From positions 143 to 64,142 of the forward strand of contig JBAQNS010000016.1 in assembly GCA_049304015.1 (NCBI GenBank): DNA of 64,000 nt, in the 5' to 3' direction. Source of the DNA: Minisyncoccia bacterium. Its GTDB lineage: Bacteria > Patescibacteriota > Minisyncoccia > Phycocordibacterales > Zambryskibacteraceae. Of the stretch, positions 19,561 through 29,339 are shown piece by piece; position 1 is the first letter of the stretch, and each line of letters opens with the position of its first letter. The position numbers were made by a program, and so were the translations under genes. The notes beneath the pieces are model-generated. The model worked only from the letters and a program-made list of their open reading frames with translations. It did not search any database and had not been told where the DNA came from.

Positions 19561-20565
19561 ATGTCACAGTTTTATAACGACTCAATCTTTTGGATTGAGG
19601 TGGAGAAGATTCACCCAAACCCATTTCAACCACGAAGAGAATTTGATGAAGCCCAACTAAACAGCCTTGCAGATTCAATGCGTCAGTATGGAGTACTCCA
19701 AGCATTAGTGGTCACTAGGACTGAAGTAGAGAAGCCCGAAGGAGGACTCGCAGTCGAATACGAACTCATCGCTGGAGAGAGGCGACTGCGTGCGGCCAAA
19801 CTCGCTGGACTAAAACAAGTGCCAGTTCTTATTCGTACTGGAGCAGAAAATGACCTCACTAAGTTAGAACTGGCCATTATAGAAAACATTCAACGTGAGG
19901 ATTTGAATCCTGTGGATAGAGCCAGAGCATTTGATAAGTTGGCTCGTGAATTTGGATTTAAGCATGCAGAGATAGGTAAGAAGGTAGGCAAGAGTCGAGA
20001 GTATGTCTCCAACACACTTCGATTGCTTATGCTCCCAGAGCATATTCTCCAAGCACTTTCGGATGGGAAGATTAGTGAAGGACACTCACGTCCTCTTATG
20101 ATGCTTGTAGATAAACCTGAAGAACAAGAAACACTCTTTAAAGAAATTTTATTTAAAAAATTAAATGTTCGTGATGCAGAAGGTATTGCTCGAAGAATCG
20201 CGTTTGAGAAGGCGCGCAAACAAATGGATCCAGAGTTAGTAGACATGGAAGAAAAACTTAAGGAGTCTCTAGGCACACGAGTAAGGGTAGAGAAGAAAGA
20301 TAAAGAGGGAGGAGGCAAGATTACTATAGATTTCTTCTCCAACGATGATTTGGAACATTTGTATCAAATACTAACTGCGAATGAATCACGTGGTGAGAAG
20401 GAAACAATGCTAGAGAACTTTATGGCGAACAAAGAAGCAGAGGGTCAATCTGTTGAATCAGTCTCTCCAATGACAGAAGAAGAGAAGGAAATGAACAAAG
20501 AAGAGAGTGACAAGGCGATGGAAGAACCAGAAGATTTGTATTCGGTCACTAACTTCACCGTCTAA
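19561..20565 (+). CDS. parB: ParB/Spo0J-family partition protein with acidic C-terminal tail
   Basis: ParB box IHPNPFQPRREF, GERRLRAAKLAG, HTH HAEIGKKVGKSREYVSNTLRLL. No parA adjacent. Confidence 0.8.
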   Translation: MSQFYNDSIFWIEVEKIHPNPFQPRREFDEAQLNSLADSMRQYGVLQALVVTRTEVEKPEGGLAVEYELIAGERRLRAAKLAGLKQVPVLIRTGAENDLTKLELAIIENIQREDLNPVDRARAFDKLAREFGFKHAEIGKKVGKSREYVSNTLRLLMLPEHILQALSDGKISEGHSRPLMMLVDKPEEQETLFKEILFKKLNVRDAEGIARRIAFEKARKQMDPELVDMEEKLKESLGTRVRVEKKDKEGGGKITIDFFSNDDLEHLYQILTANESRGEKETMLENFMANKEAEGQSVESVSPMTEEEKEMNKEESDKAMEEPEDLYSVTNFTV

Positions 20566-22074
20566 CTATTTCTTAGAAATTTTTGAAAGTTCGTTCTTGA
20601 TATGACGTTTGGTCATGGGCATTTTGCACATCTCAACCCACTTTATATTTGGTTTGGACGATTGTTTGGTCATAATTTCTACAATGTCTCCATTTTGGAG
20701 TTTGGTGTCCAGTGAGACGAGTTTGCCCCCAACCTTGGCTCCTATCATGTGGTTGCCAATATCTGAGTGGATAGAGTAAGCGAAATCTATGGGGGTTGAA
20801 TCAATAGGTAAGTCGACCACATCACCCTTTGGTGAGAAGGCAAAAATGCGATTACTAAAGAAGTCATTTTTTAAATTTTCTTGAAAAGCCTCCTTGTCTG
20901 TAGAATGTTCTTGATAGGCCACTAATTCTTTAATCCAATGAGGAATATCTTTAGTCGTTTCCAAAACTGATTTGTGCAATTCTTTCATCGGAGTTTTGGG
21001 TAGAAGTGAACGTATCCAACCAAGAGTTTCTTCATCCTTACCAGTCTTGCCACTCTTATAAGTGATGTGTGAGGCTACTCCATATTCAGAGAATTGGTGC
21101 ATCTCATGAGTTTTAATTTGTATTTCTACAATACCCCCATCACCAGTGAAGATGGTGGTATGGATACCTTGATAACCATTTGGTTTAGGAAAGGCGATAT
21201 AATCTTTAATTCTCCCAGGGAGAGGTTTCCATGAACCATGGATAACTCCAAGGACTCTATAACAATCTGCTGGTGTATCTACAAGGATACGGACTGCGTT
21301 GATGTCATAAATCTTTTCTATATCTTTCTTCTCTTGAAGTTTCTTATAGAGACTGTATAAGCCTTTTATTCTGTAGTCAGTTTTAATATTCACTAAACCT
21401 TCTTTGGCCAAAGCTTTCTTCACTGAATTTATAAACTTTTCGAGAGATTCAAGCCTCTCGCGTTCACTTTCTTTCATCGATTTCTTTAGATTTTCAAATT
21501 CTTTTGGATAGACATAAGGGAAGGCAAGGTCCTCGAGTTCACGATTAAGTTTTCTTATCCCTAGGCGATAGGCGATAGGAGCATAGATTTCTAATGTCTC
21601 TGTAGCTATACGTTTCTGCTTCTCTTGAGGTACATGAGAAAGGGTTCTCATATTGTGGAGTCTATCCGAAAGTTTAATCATAAGCACTCGGATATCCTCA
21701 GACATGGCTACGAAGAGTTTGCGCAGACTTTCATTGTGTCTGTCTGCGCCGTTGTACCTTAGACTGCCGAGTTTGGTCACTCCATCTACAAGAAAGGCCA
21801 CTTCTTCTCCAAATTCCTTTTCTATAGTCTCAAGTTTAATCTCACAGTCTTCGACTGTGTCGTGGAGAAGGCCGGCGACTACAGTAGTGACGCCCATCCC
21901 AAGTTCGGCCAAAATTTTGGCCGTCTCTACTACATGTATAAAATATTCTTCACCCGAATGTCTGGTTTGACCCTCATGAGCAATTCTCGCAAATATATAA
22001 GCCTTGTCGATGAGTATCACATCATCATTCGTTTTCTCATCTATGAGTCGTATGATGTCTGTGGCGCTCGTCAT
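20566..22074 (-). CDS. rel: (p)ppGpp synthetase/hydrolase of the RelA/SpoT family
   Basis: HD domain (HDTVED), synthetase domain (RIKDYIAFPKPNGYQGIHTT), TGS domain. 502 aa, no ACT domain. Confidence 0.8.
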   Translation of the reverse strand: MTSATDIIRLIDEKTNDDVILIDKAYIFARIAHEGQTRHSGEEYFIHVVETAKILAELGMGVTTVVAGLLHDTVEDCEIKLETIEKEFGEEVAFLVDGVTKLGSLRYNGADRHNESLRKLFVAMSEDIRVLMIKLSDRLHNMRTLSHVPQEKQKRIATETLEIYAPIAYRLGIRKLNRELEDLAFPYVYPKEFENLKKSMKESERERLESLEKFINSVKKALAKEGLVNIKTDYRIKGLYSLYKKLQEKKDIEKIYDINAVRILVDTPADCYRVLGVIHGSWKPLPGRIKDYIAFPKPNGYQGIHTTIFTGDGGIVEIQIKTHEMHQFSEYGVASHITYKSGKTGKDEETLGWIRSLLPKTPMKELHKSVLETTKDIPHWIKELVAYQEHSTDKEAFQENLKNDFFSNRIFAFSPKGDVVDLPIDSTPIDFAYSIHSDIGNHMIGAKVGGKLVSLDTKLQNGDIVEIMTKQSSKPNIKWVEMCKMPMTKRHIKNELSKISKK

Positions 22075-22077
22075 AGA

Positions 22078-24249
22078 TTATTCTGGTTTATTGAGTTTGT
22101 GCGGGTTGTGGTTAGGACAAGATTTGTCTGAACAACGCTCTGGGATAGTCTTGGTACCTTCCATCATGAGTGATCCACAGAGTTTACATATATTACCAGT
22201 TGGCTTAGCTTTTATCGCGTATTTACAATCAGGATAATTTTGGCATGAATAGAAAACTCCGAATCTACCACGTCTCTCTGCCATGTAGCCAGTTTTACAA
22301 ACAGGACAGAGGACACCAGTAGAATTAGCCTTCTCTTGTTCAGCATCTTTCTTTATGAATTTACATTTAGGGAAACGTTCACATGCGGTGAACATCCCGA
22401 ATTTACCTTCTCTCGTCACTAGGTTACCTTTACCACATTTTGGACAAAGCTCTCCAGTATCCTTTGGACCCTCAAGAGCCTTACCATCTATAGTGCGTGC
22501 GCCGTTGCAGTCTGGATATTTCTCACAAGAAAGGAATTTGCCACTTTTACCAAGTTTAATAATCATCGGTCCTCCACAAATTGGGCAGAGAATGTCTTTA
22601 GGGGCATCGCCCATGTTTGTCACCTTGGCTATTTTGTCTTTTGCCTTTACATCTTTTATGAACGGAGTATAGAAATCCTTGAGAGTTTTCAAATAAGTGC
22701 GTTTACCATTTGCTATCTCATCTAATTCATCTTCCATCTCTGCAGTAAAGCTATCGCTTATATATTTCCCAAAGTTTTCTTCGAGGAAACTTGAGACCAC
22801 GTCCCCAGTATCAGTAGGATGAAGCGCCTTTTGGATTTTTTCTACATAACCTCGGTCGTCGAGAGTCTTAATTATTGATGCATAAGTAGAAGGACGACCG
22901 ATACCTCGTTTCTCTAATTCTTTAATGAGTCCGGCTTCTGAATACCTAGCTGGTGGTTCAGTTTGTTTTTGTTCAGGTAAAATATCTATGAGTTTGAGTT
23001 CGTCATCTACTGCGAGTTTAGGCAGGATGACATCTTCACCTTGAGCATCGTTGTCTGCCCGAGTCCAACCGTCGAACAATATACGAGAACCGTTTAACCA
23101 AAAGTCTGGAATTTTATTCTTTTCAATATTGGCTGTTACTTTTGTGCGCATAACTTGTGCATCTCGCATTTGTGATGAGACTGTGCGGGCCCAAATTAAT
23201 CTATAGAGTTTCTTTTGTTCGTCGTTTGCTCCGGCGATTTCAGAAGTCATGTGGGTTGGACGAATAGCTTCGTGCGCCTCTTGGGCATTTTTGGATTTCT
23301 TTGTATAGGTATGTGCTTCATAATATTCAGCACCATACTTTTTCTCCACAACTTTCTTTATATCGGCACGAGCTTGGACGCCAAGGTTTGTAGAATCAGT
23401 ACGCATATAGGTGATGTGTCCTGCCTCGTATAATCTTTGTGCCACTTGCATGGTGCGTGATGGAGCGAAGCCAAGGCGAGATGATGCAGTCTGCTGAAGA
23501 GTAGAAGTGATGAATGGTGCACGAGGGGCACGAGCAACTTTGGTTTCCTTTATGTCTGTGATCTTCCAATTTCCTTTTTTGCCTGTGTCTATTATGTGGT
23601 CGACTTCTTTTTGTGTTGTTGGTTCAACTGAACAAGCGAAAGACAATTCGTTTGTTTGTTTGTCTTTAAGTATGGCGGTCAATGTCCAGAAGGTGACTGG
23701 TTTGAATGCCCGGATCTCACGTTCTCTCTCCATGATGATGCGTAGTGCAGGGGATTGCACACGGCCAGCCGAGAGCCCGTAGCGAACCTTCTTCCAAATC
23801 AGACCGGACAAATCATAGCCAACAAGTCTATCTAGAACTCTACGAGCCTCTTGGGCTTCCTTGAGGTCTATATCTATAGTACGAGGGTGGTTCAAAGCTT
23901 CTTCGACAGCCTCTTTGGTAATCTCATGAAAGACAATTCTCTTTGGATTCTTAAGTCCGACAGCCTCGGCTATGTGCCAAGCTATCGCTTCTCCCTCTCG
24001 GTCGGGGTCTGTGGCCAAGATTACCTCGTCAGCTTTCTTTGTGAGTGCTTTAATATCTTTCACTACATGAATTTTTTCTTTGGAGATTTCATAGTGAGGA
24101 ATAAATCCACCTTCTATGTCTATAGCTGCTTTATTTGATTTAGGTAAATCACGTACATGACCAACAGATGCAACCACGCGAAAATCTTTCCCAAGATATT
24201 TCTCGATTGTTTTTGCTTTTGATGGTGATTCAACAATTAACAACTTCAT
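22078..24249 (-). CDS. topA: DNA topoisomerase I
   Basis: TOPRIM MKLLIVESPSKAKTI, active-site region, three C-terminal C4 zinc ribbons. Confidence 0.9.
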   Translation of the reverse strand: MKLLIVESPSKAKTIEKYLGKDFRVVASVGHVRDLPKSNKAAIDIEGGFIPHYEISKEKIHVVKDIKALTKKADEVILATDPDREGEAIAWHIAEAVGLKNPKRIVFHEITKEAVEEALNHPRTIDIDLKEAQEARRVLDRLVGYDLSGLIWKKVRYGLSAGRVQSPALRIIMEREREIRAFKPVTFWTLTAILKDKQTNELSFACSVEPTTQKEVDHIIDTGKKGNWKITDIKETKVARAPRAPFITSTLQQTASSRLGFAPSRTMQVAQRLYEAGHITYMRTDSTNLGVQARADIKKVVEKKYGAEYYEAHTYTKKSKNAQEAHEAIRPTHMTSEIAGANDEQKKLYRLIWARTVSSQMRDAQVMRTKVTANIEKNKIPDFWLNGSRILFDGWTRADNDAQGEDVILPKLAVDDELKLIDILPEQKQTEPPARYSEAGLIKELEKRGIGRPSTYASIIKTLDDRGYVEKIQKALHPTDTGDVVSSFLEENFGKYISDSFTAEMEDELDEIANGKRTYLKTLKDFYTPFIKDVKAKDKIAKVTNMGDAPKDILCPICGGPMIIKLGKSGKFLSCEKYPDCNGARTIDGKALEGPKDTGELCPKCGKGNLVTREGKFGMFTACERFPKCKFIKKDAEQEKANSTGVLCPVCKTGYMAERRGRFGVFYSCQNYPDCKYAIKAKPTGNICKLCGSLMMEGTKTIPERCSDKSCPNHNPHKLNKPE

Positions 24250-24296
24250 AAGCTTGTATGTAACAAATACTACAGATATCTCTTTTGTGCAAATTT

Positions 24297-25160
24297 TTAG
24301 AAAGTTTTGCGGACTTCACCGAGTTCTTCGGTGATGAGGCCTTTGATTTCTAGGAGTGAGAGGATCGCACTCGCTTTACCTGTCTCAAATTTGCTGTTTC
24401 TTATAAGTTCATCACGTGTGCATGATGTTTCAAGAAGTTTTATAAAAATCTTTTCCTCATCGGTGAGGTCACTTGTATCAAAGAGAGTTTGATCTTCATC
24501 ATGCCTCTTTAGATGGAGCATTTCTAAAACATCATTTGAATCTCTTATTAAGGTTGCTCCAAGTCTTAGAAGCATATGAGGGCCCTCTGATGTTGGAGAA
24601 GTGATTGGCCCAGGGACAGCTCCTACGTCTCTGTTGTATTCAGTGGCCAAGCGCGAGGTGATGAGTGTTCCAGATTTGAGCTGGGCTTCTATAACTATAG
24701 TGGCGTCGCACATACCAGCCATAATTCTGTTCCTCTGAGGGAAGCTCCAAAGTGTTGCTTTGAAATCATCTTTATATTCAGAAAGTATACCTCCACCTGA
24801 TTCTATTATTTCATCTGCAAGGTTCACATTGGACCTAGGATGTATAACATCTCTAGAGACACCAGAGCCGGGGATGCCTATAGTCTGTAGTCCTGCGCGG
24901 AGAGCCGCGCGATGTACTATAGTATCCATACCTATGGCTAAGCCGGAGATAATAGTGATGGGATAGCCGGCGAGGCCAGCAATGATTGACTCGCACATCT
25001 CTTGGCCATAAGAACTATATTTTCTGGTACCCACTATGGCTACCAATTTGTTGCCTTCCATTGGGAGTTCACCGCGAATGCGGAGAGATTTGGGTGGATC
25101 ATTGATTTCCTTTAGTAATTCTGGAAATTGGTCAAACGAAAGATCACGGATATCGTTCAT
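24297..25160 (-). CDS. dprA: DNA processing protein DprA/Smf
   Basis: Rossmann-like DprA core (VAIVGTRKYSSYG ... GGGILSEY). topA-dprA adjacency. Confidence 0.75.
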   Translation of the reverse strand: MNDIRDLSFDQFPELLKEINDPPKSLRIRGELPMEGNKLVAIVGTRKYSSYGQEMCESIIAGLAGYPITIISGLAIGMDTIVHRAALRAGLQTIGIPGSGVSRDVIHPRSNVNLADEIIESGGGILSEYKDDFKATLWSFPQRNRIMAGMCDATIVIEAQLKSGTLITSRLATEYNRDVGAVPGPITSPTSEGPHMLLRLGATLIRDSNDVLEMLHLKRHDEDQTLFDTSDLTDEEKIFIKLLETSCTRDELIRNSKFETGKASAILSLLEIKGLITEELGEVRKTF

Positions 25161-25204
25161 TTAAATATTTTAGCATCTTTGTTATGATTGTTTGTAGTAA
25201 CAGA

Positions 25205-25262
25205 AAACCAAAGTCTTTACCCAGGCCAAGGTCTGGGCTCCGACAACTTTGATTTTCTTATT
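25205..25262 (+). promoter_or_regulatory. Conserved nested-hairpin RNA motif, copy A (5' leader of serS)
   Basis: agtCTTTACCC-[hairpin]-CTCCGACAACTT..TTTTCTTATT. Outer stem caaagt/actttg, inner stem cccag../..ctggg. Matches copy B at 63933-63990 with compensatory substitutions. Confidence 0.5.
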
Positions 25263-25275
25263 ACTCCAAAACAAT

Positions 25276-26544
25276 ATGTTAGACATTAAATTCATAAGAG
25301 AAAACAAAGACCTTATTACCCTTGGGGCCAAGAAGAAACACATCGAGTTCGACGTAGAAGCACTGCTCACTATAGATGATGAACGTCGAAGTCTCATGAC
25401 CAAACTTGAGGAAAGACGGGCAGAGCAAAACGCCGCCTCACTAGAGATTGTTCGTGCGGTTGGTCCAGAGAAATCTCAAATCCTTGAGAAGATGAAATTC
25501 CTAAAGGAGAGTATGGTCGCTGATGAAGAAAAGCTAAAGACAGTAATGCATGATTGGCAACTACAAATGCTCCAAGTGCCTAATGTACCCGATATATCTG
25601 TACCGGATGGGAACAGTGATGGAGATAATATGGAAGTGAAAAAGTGGGGTGAGCTTCCAAAATTCGATTTTGAACCAAAGAGTCATATAGAGATTATGGA
25701 AAATTTAGGGATGCTAGACCTTGAAAGGGGAACCAAAGTTTCTGGCTTTCGTGGATATTTCCTCAAAGGGGATGGAGCATTACTTTCTTTTGCTATTTGG
25801 AACTATGCGATGGATTTTTTCTTGAAGAAGAATTTTACTCCTATGATTGTGCCATCACTCGTGAAGAAAGAATCTCTTATAGGTACAGGCATGCTCCCAC
25901 AATCTGAAGAAGATTTGTATAAAACTCAAGATGGGGATTATCTCGCTGGGACAGCTGAGGTGGCTACTATGGGTTTTCATATGAATGAAATGATCCCTAA
26001 AACAGAGTTGCCTAAAAAGTATTTATCCTTCTCTCCATGCTTCCGCAGAGAAGCGGGGAGCTATTCTAAGGATGTGAAGGGTCTTATCCGAGTGCATGAA
26101 TTCTTTAAGGTTGAACAAGTGGTGCTCTGTGAGGCTAGTCATGAAGAATCAGTTGCTCACCACGAAGCCATAAACAGAAACACAGAAGAATTTATAGAGT
26201 CATTGAACATTCCTTACCACACAGTGACTAACTGTGGAGCAGACCTCGGGCTAGGACAAGTGAAGAAATACGATATAGAACTTTGGGTACCATTAGAGAA
26301 CAAATACAGAGAGATTTCTTCTGCTTCTTATTTCCACGATTTTCAAACACGTCGTTTAAACATTCGATATAAGGATACAGATGGGAAGACAAAGTATGTC
26401 CACTCACTAAACTCAACAGCTATCCCAACCCCACGCATCCTTGTTTCCCTCGTAGAAAATTTCCAACAAGCCGATGGTTCAGTAAAAATTCCTGAAGTGC
26501 TTGTGCCTTATATGGGAGGGAAGAAAGAGATTAGCAAAATTTGA
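25276..26544 (+). CDS. serS: Seryl-tRNA synthetase
   Basis: N-terminal coiled-coil arm, class II motifs. Start set at MLDIKFIREN. Confidence 0.85.
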   Translation: MLDIKFIRENKDLITLGAKKKHIEFDVEALLTIDDERRSLMTKLEERRAEQNAASLEIVRAVGPEKSQILEKMKFLKESMVADEEKLKTVMHDWQLQMLQVPNVPDISVPDGNSDGDNMEVKKWGELPKFDFEPKSHIEIMENLGMLDLERGTKVSGFRGYFLKGDGALLSFAIWNYAMDFFLKKNFTPMIVPSLVKKESLIGTGMLPQSEEDLYKTQDGDYLAGTAEVATMGFHMNEMIPKTELPKKYLSFSPCFRREAGSYSKDVKGLIRVHEFFKVEQVVLCEASHEESVAHHEAINRNTEEFIESLNIPYHTVTNCGADLGLGQVKKYDIELWVPLENKYREISSASYFHDFQTRRLNIRYKDTDGKTKYVHSLNSTAIPTPRILVSLVENFQQADGSVKIPEVLVPYMGGKKEISKI

Positions 26545-26616
26545 CATTTTTACTTTTAGATGTTAATCCTTATAAAGATTGTTCCACACTCTCACCAAGT
26601 TTAATGGAGGCTTCTG

Positions 26617-26982
26617 GTGGAAAAGCTCAGTGCAAAAGACATCAAGCCGGGCCAGTTGATCTGGTATAGCGGGCAGATGTCAGTTTCAAGTTGGGATTGT
26701 CCGGCGGTCATCACTACGGTCAAACCCAAGGATCAGACCTTTCGCGTTCGTTCTCTGGACGACATGAAGGAGCAGTCTCAGTCATATGGTTTTGATTGCG
26801 CTGTTGATACGACAGCCTCTCGGGCAAGCATGTATTTGGTTTCAAAGGAGGAAGTCGTGGAGTATCTGGATGATCGCGACAAAGCGATTTGCGATGATAT
26901 AAGGGATGTGGAAAGGAAGTTCAAGCGATACAAGTCTGACCTGAAGTTGTTTCGTGAGACAAGGAAAATTCTGGGGTTGTAG
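26617..26982 (+). CDS. Hypothetical protein (mid-GC orphan; GTG start)
   Basis: 121 aa at about 50% GC. Its own terminator lies at 26982-27012. Confidence 0.3.
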   Translation: MEKLSAKDIKPGQLIWYSGQMSVSSWDCPAVITTVKPKDQTFRVRSLDDMKEQSQSYGFDCAVDTTASRASMYLVSKEEVVEYLDDRDKAICDDIRDVERKFKRYKSDLKLFRETRKILGL

Positions 26983-27098
26983 CCCTCACAAGTATTGTGC
27001 AGGGCTTTTTTATTGACCGAATATTGTTTTCGGGTTATGATGGTGCAATACAGAAGTATAAAGATGTCTTTTGGGCAATCTATCTTTGAGAGGACTTA

Positions 27099-27452
27099 AT
27101 GAGTGACGGAGTGAGGTTCGGCGGTTCAGTGTACGGTTACCAGCATGGTGATCAAAGAGCACGAGGACTCGTGATTCGGGGCTTTGCTGTCCAGAAACAT
27201 CTCGTCGACACCGGTCTCATCGACAAGTGCCTTTCGATGGAAGATGCTTCTGTGTGGATTGAGAACCCTCACCTCTATCCAGAAGAATTTCGGAGAAAGA
27301 AAGTATTTCTCTGGAAGTCTACTGATCTGAGCAGTGATGGTCTCCATATTGTCCCTTGCCTTGAATGGTTTGGCGGTCAGATTACCGTCACCAATGTTTG
27401 GCTCGGAGACATTTGGTGCGACACAAGGCTCGCTGCCGTAATGGCGGCTTGA
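27099..27452 (+). CDS. Hypothetical protein (mid-GC orphan)
   Basis: 117 aa at about 50% GC. Its own terminator lies at 27456-27486. Confidence 0.3.
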   Translation: MSDGVRFGGSVYGYQHGDQRARGLVIRGFAVQKHLVDTGLIDKCLSMEDASVWIENPHLYPEEFRRKKVFLWKSTDLSSDGLHIVPCLEWFGGQITVTNVWLGDIWCDTRLAAVMAA

Positions 27453-27503
27453 GTGACAGCTGGACACATCGTCCAGCTTTTTTTATTTATGTATAATGTG
27501 CGT

Positions 27504-28340
27504 ATGAAAATCATTGGCAACAAAAACGCCCTTCATACTCCTGAATTCCATAAAAAGAAATTAATAGAGAGGCGTATTCGCATCACTATTATTTCTTTGA
27601 TTGTCTTAATTGTTGTAGTTGCCCCCATACTTCTTCTAAGAAACAAAAATTTTCAAGTAGTTAACTTGGAGATTAAAGGCAATGTGGTTACAAAGAGTGA
27701 AGAAATCCAGGCTATTGTCGATGAGGGATTATCTGGTAACTATCTTTGGGTTATCCCTCGTTCAAATTCTCTTTTATATCCAAAGAATGGAATTATTAAA
27801 AATCTTCTAGATAGAGAGCCGAGACTTTCTAAGGTAGAAATAAGTGCTCCGGATGTTAAGTCGATTGTAGTCAGTGTTTCTGAGAGGACCCCAACAGCTC
27901 TGTATTGCAAGGACATCACAAACACTTCTACGCCTGTGAGTTGTTACTTCATAGATGCAAACGGGTTTATTTTCTCAGAGGCTCCAGCATTTTCTGGGGG
28001 AGTCTATTTTGTTTATACTAGTGAACCACTACTTGATGCACCACTAAAGGTTCAATTCATGGAAGCGAAGAAATTTAAATTACTCGATGTATTCATAAAG
28101 AGTTTAGCAGACGCAGGTTTGTATCCAAAAGTTTTTGTCTTCAAAAAAGATGAATATCACCTCATCCTCTCGAACGGTGCAGATATAATGTGGAAGGAAA
28201 GTCAGAATCTAGATCAAATTCGGTCGAATCTCGTTTCTTTTGTTGAAGATGCCAGTTTTAGAAAGGATAAAAATAACTTGAGCAATATCCTATATATAGA
28301 TTTGCGTTTTGGTAACAAAATATTCTATAAATACAAATAA
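27504..28340 (+). CDS. ftsQ: FtsQ/DivIB-like cell-division protein (TM helix plus POTRA-like domain)
   Basis: N-terminal TM helix (ISLIVLIVVVAPILLL), then a POTRA-like region (VVNLEIKGN...). The start could alternatively be 27489 or 27453. Confidence 0.5.
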   Translation: MKIIGNKNALHTPEFHKKKLIERRIRITIISLIVLIVVVAPILLLRNKNFQVVNLEIKGNVVTKSEEIQAIVDEGLSGNYLWVIPRSNSLLYPKNGIIKNLLDREPRLSKVEISAPDVKSIVVSVSERTPTALYCKDITNTSTPVSCYFIDANGFIFSEAPAFSGGVYFVYTSEPLLDAPLKVQFMEAKKFKLLDVFIKSLADAGLYPKVFVFKKDEYHLILSNGADIMWKESQNLDQIRSNLVSFVEDASFRKDKNNLSNILYIDLRFGNKIFYKYK

Positions 28341-29329
28341 TGACTAATTTTTGGACCAAATTGCAGAAACCCTCGGCCAAAGCACGGGCGAGGCCAATTA
28401 TGGTTCTTGCTCCTATGGCTGATGTCACCGATGTGGCTTTTAGGAGAATAATAGCTAAATATGGTAAGCCAGATGTTTTGTGGACCGAATTTGTGTCAGC
28501 AGACGGGTTAGTGCTCGCAGATAAGAAGGGTAAAAAGAAACTTTCAAAGGATTTAGAGTATTCAGAAGCTGAGAGGCCAATCGTGGCACAATTTTTTACT
28601 TCAATTCCAGAGCATATGGAGGAGGTGGCCAAGCTTGCAATGAAGCTTGGCTTTGATGGTGTAGATATAAATATGGGTTGCCCAGATAAGAGCATAGAGA
28701 AGCAGAAGGCTGGAGCAGCATTAATAAAAAACCCCAAATTAGCCAGAGAGCTTATAAAGGCAGCCAAACGTGGAGCAGGAAGTTTGCCTGTTTCTGTGAA
28801 GACTCGCGTGGGGTATAACAAGATAGAGATAGAAGAATGGCTACCAGAAATACTCAAGGAAGAACCAGCAGTGCTCATTGTCCATGCAAGGACTAGGAAA
28901 GAAATGTCCAAGGTGTCTGCACGGTGGGAATTTGTGAAGAGGGCAGTAGAAATCAGAAATGAGCTCGGAGTAAAAACTTTAATATTTGGAAACGGAGACG
29001 TGAGAGACCTAGAAGACGCAAGGATGAAAGCCAAGGAGACTGGGTGTGATGGGGTGATGCTCGGGCGAGCCATCTTTGGGAATCCATGGCTTTTCTCTGA
29101 GCACATTCCAACTCTTAAAGAGAAACTAAATGTCTTAGTTGAACACACAAAACTTTTTGAAAAACTTTTGGGTAAATATAAAAACTTCGCAGTGATGAAG
29201 AAACACTTTAAAGCGTATGTGAATGGATTCGATGGGGCACAAGATCTTAGAAATAAACTTATGAATACAAATTCAGCCAAAGAAGTGGAGAAAATTGTTA
29301 AAAATTACTTATCCACAGTTTCAAATTAA
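28340..29329 (+). CDS. dus: tRNA-dihydrouridine synthase
   Basis: TIM-barrel Dus motifs (LAPMADVTD, DINMGCP, VHARTR). Confidence 0.8.
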   Translation: MTNFWTKLQKPSAKARARPIMVLAPMADVTDVAFRRIIAKYGKPDVLWTEFVSADGLVLADKKGKKKLSKDLEYSEAERPIVAQFFTSIPEHMEEVAKLAMKLGFDGVDINMGCPDKSIEKQKAGAALIKNPKLARELIKAAKRGAGSLPVSVKTRVGYNKIEIEEWLPEILKEEPAVLIVHARTRKEMSKVSARWEFVKRAVEIRNELGVKTLIFGNGDVRDLEDARMKAKETGCDGVMLGRAIFGNPWLFSEHIPTLKEKLNVLVEHTKLFEKLLGKYKNFAVMKKHFKAYVNGFDGAQDLRNKLMNTNSAKEVEKIVKNYLSTVSN

Positions 29330-29339
29330 TTACTTGCAA

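Noticed and set aside
28258-29280. 340-aa minus-strand ORF antisense to dus
   Set aside because: It is Ser/Ala/Phe-rich and low-complexity, with no motif, and it is fully antisense to a well-supported Dus gene.
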